Virus record (IMG/VR): IMGVR_UViG_3300049460_000121 | Coordinates: 203,468 to 267,467 of that record | DNA from: a virus | Taxonomy: Duplodnaviria > Heunggongvirae > Uroviricota > Caudoviricetes | Length of the DNA: 64,000 nucleotides | Strand: one strand, 5' to 3' | The notes under the pieces: model-generated | The model's input: the letters and a program-made list of their open reading frames with translations, nothing else | Told to the model about the DNA's origin: nothing | Database searches by the model: none | Made by a program: the position numbers and the translations under genes | Shown here: positions 63,532-64,000 of the stretch, one piece after another | How positions within the stretch are numbered: the stretch's first letter is position 1 | Layout: each line of letters starts with the position of its first letter

Positions 63532-63580
63532 ACAAAAAAAGAATAGCAGTGAGTGGGTTTCCCCACTCACTGCGTTATCG
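63532..63580 (-). terminator. stereotyped terminator (CACAAAAAAAGAATAG, hairpin CAGTGAGTGGG-tttc-CCCACTCACTG, then CGTTATCGCTT)
   Basis: Lies between the small gene at 63584 and 62481..63458. Confidence 0.65.
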
Positions 63581-63583
63581 CTT

Positions 63584-63731
63584 AACCGCGCAGGTAGTGA
63601 CCAGGCATGCGGTAGCCTGTCAGCATCTCAACCACGCACTGGGTGTTGCTACGGTCTGCTTGTGAAGCGAACTTCTTGTACCAGACAGTAGCACCTACCG
63701 CAACTACGCCAACTACGATCCAACCTTTCAT
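63584..63731 (-). CDS. small membrane protein (about 49 aa)
   Basis: Hand-called. GGAG SD. MKGWIVVGVVAVGATVWYKKFASQADRSNTQCVVEMLTGYRMPGHYLRG. Confidence 0.35.
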
Positions 63732-63734
63732 GAC

Positions 63735-63935
63735 TTACTCCATATTTGCAAAGTGGGTCATGTAGAACTCACTGGTTTCGCATTCCCGAACCTGGGACAA
63801 CCAGTCAGCCAACTCGACCATGGTGGCACGGTGACTAACTTCACGCAGCCATGGACCTTTGAAGAAGTTGATGGTGCCTTCGTAGGCACGCTTATCAACC
63901 ACAGCCTTCAGCGGGATGTACTGGAACTCTTCCAC
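63735..63935 (-). CDS. hypothetical protein (66 aa)
   Basis: Tracked ORF. Confidence 0.4.
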   Translation of the reverse strand: MEEFQYIPLKAVVDKRAYEGTINFFKGPWLREVSHRATMVELADWLSQVRECETSEFYMTHFANME

Positions 63936-64000
63936 CGAATCGCCGCGGCGCAGGTAGGCCTGTTCGATGTTGTCGGCGTTACGGCAGATCTCGAAAGAGA

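Noticed and set aside
1-64000. CRISPR arrays, reverse transcriptase/DGR, integrase, rRNA
   Set aside because: I saw no direct-repeat/spacer periodicity, no RT motifs (YxDD) and no tyrosine or serine recombinase signatures. Nothing resembling these was present.

Overview
The window looks like a 64-kb slice of a large tailed-phage genome with a Gram-negative-type host (Shine-Dalgarno sites of the GGAG/AAGGAG kind; frequent ATGA and TAATG start/stop overlaps; GC-rich third codon positions). I found no rRNA, tRNA, CRISPR array, integrase, reverse transcriptase, terminase, capsid or DNA polymerase in the window. The layout, from left to right:

- 1-7.1 kb: a mixed-strand block of small genes, with two isolated plus-strand genes (1062-2603 and 3286-4470).
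- 7.2-27.3 kb: a plus-strand module made almost entirely of tandem paralogous genes of two interleaved families (about 24 genes), ending in a collagen-like tail-fibre gene and a fibre-associated gene. I read it as a putative virion or adsorption module. Two family-A members are inverted on the minus strand at 22.5-24.0 kb, next to a 740-bp highly structured non-coding region.
- 27.4-29.9 kb: a large SNF2/DEAD-like helicase.
- 30-64 kb: an uninterrupted minus-strand array of about 70 small 'early-type' genes of mostly unknown function.

The minus-strand array is cut into at least 15 transcription units by a stereotyped terminator (stop codon, then GCATAGA, then a GC-rich hairpin, then CCTTTCTTTTTT on the minus strand). 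At least 8 units also carry a conserved 35-40-nt promoter-like motif whose core is TTCAGTCATACATAGT followed by CATGAACA and a C-rich segment. Recognisable products in the array:

- HNH homing endonuclease and GIY-YIG endonuclease
- two paralogous minimal nucleotidyltransferase-fold proteins
- tandem duplicate gene pairs
- an SPFH (HflK/C-like) membrane protein
- an Arc/MetJ ribbon-helix-helix regulator
- a CX5R protein phosphatase
- lipoproteins and many small membrane proteins

I consider the most unusual features to be the 17-kb two-family paralogue array (including a split member and GYAL peptide repeats) and the highly regular terminator/promoter 'punctuation', which implies phage-specific transcription control. 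Elements I called by hand (small ORFs, motifs, hairpins) may be off by 1-2 nt. Coordinates of tracked ORFs follow the supplied six-frame track. In one spot (about 40664-40681) the track is offset by 1 nt from what I read in the displayed sequence.
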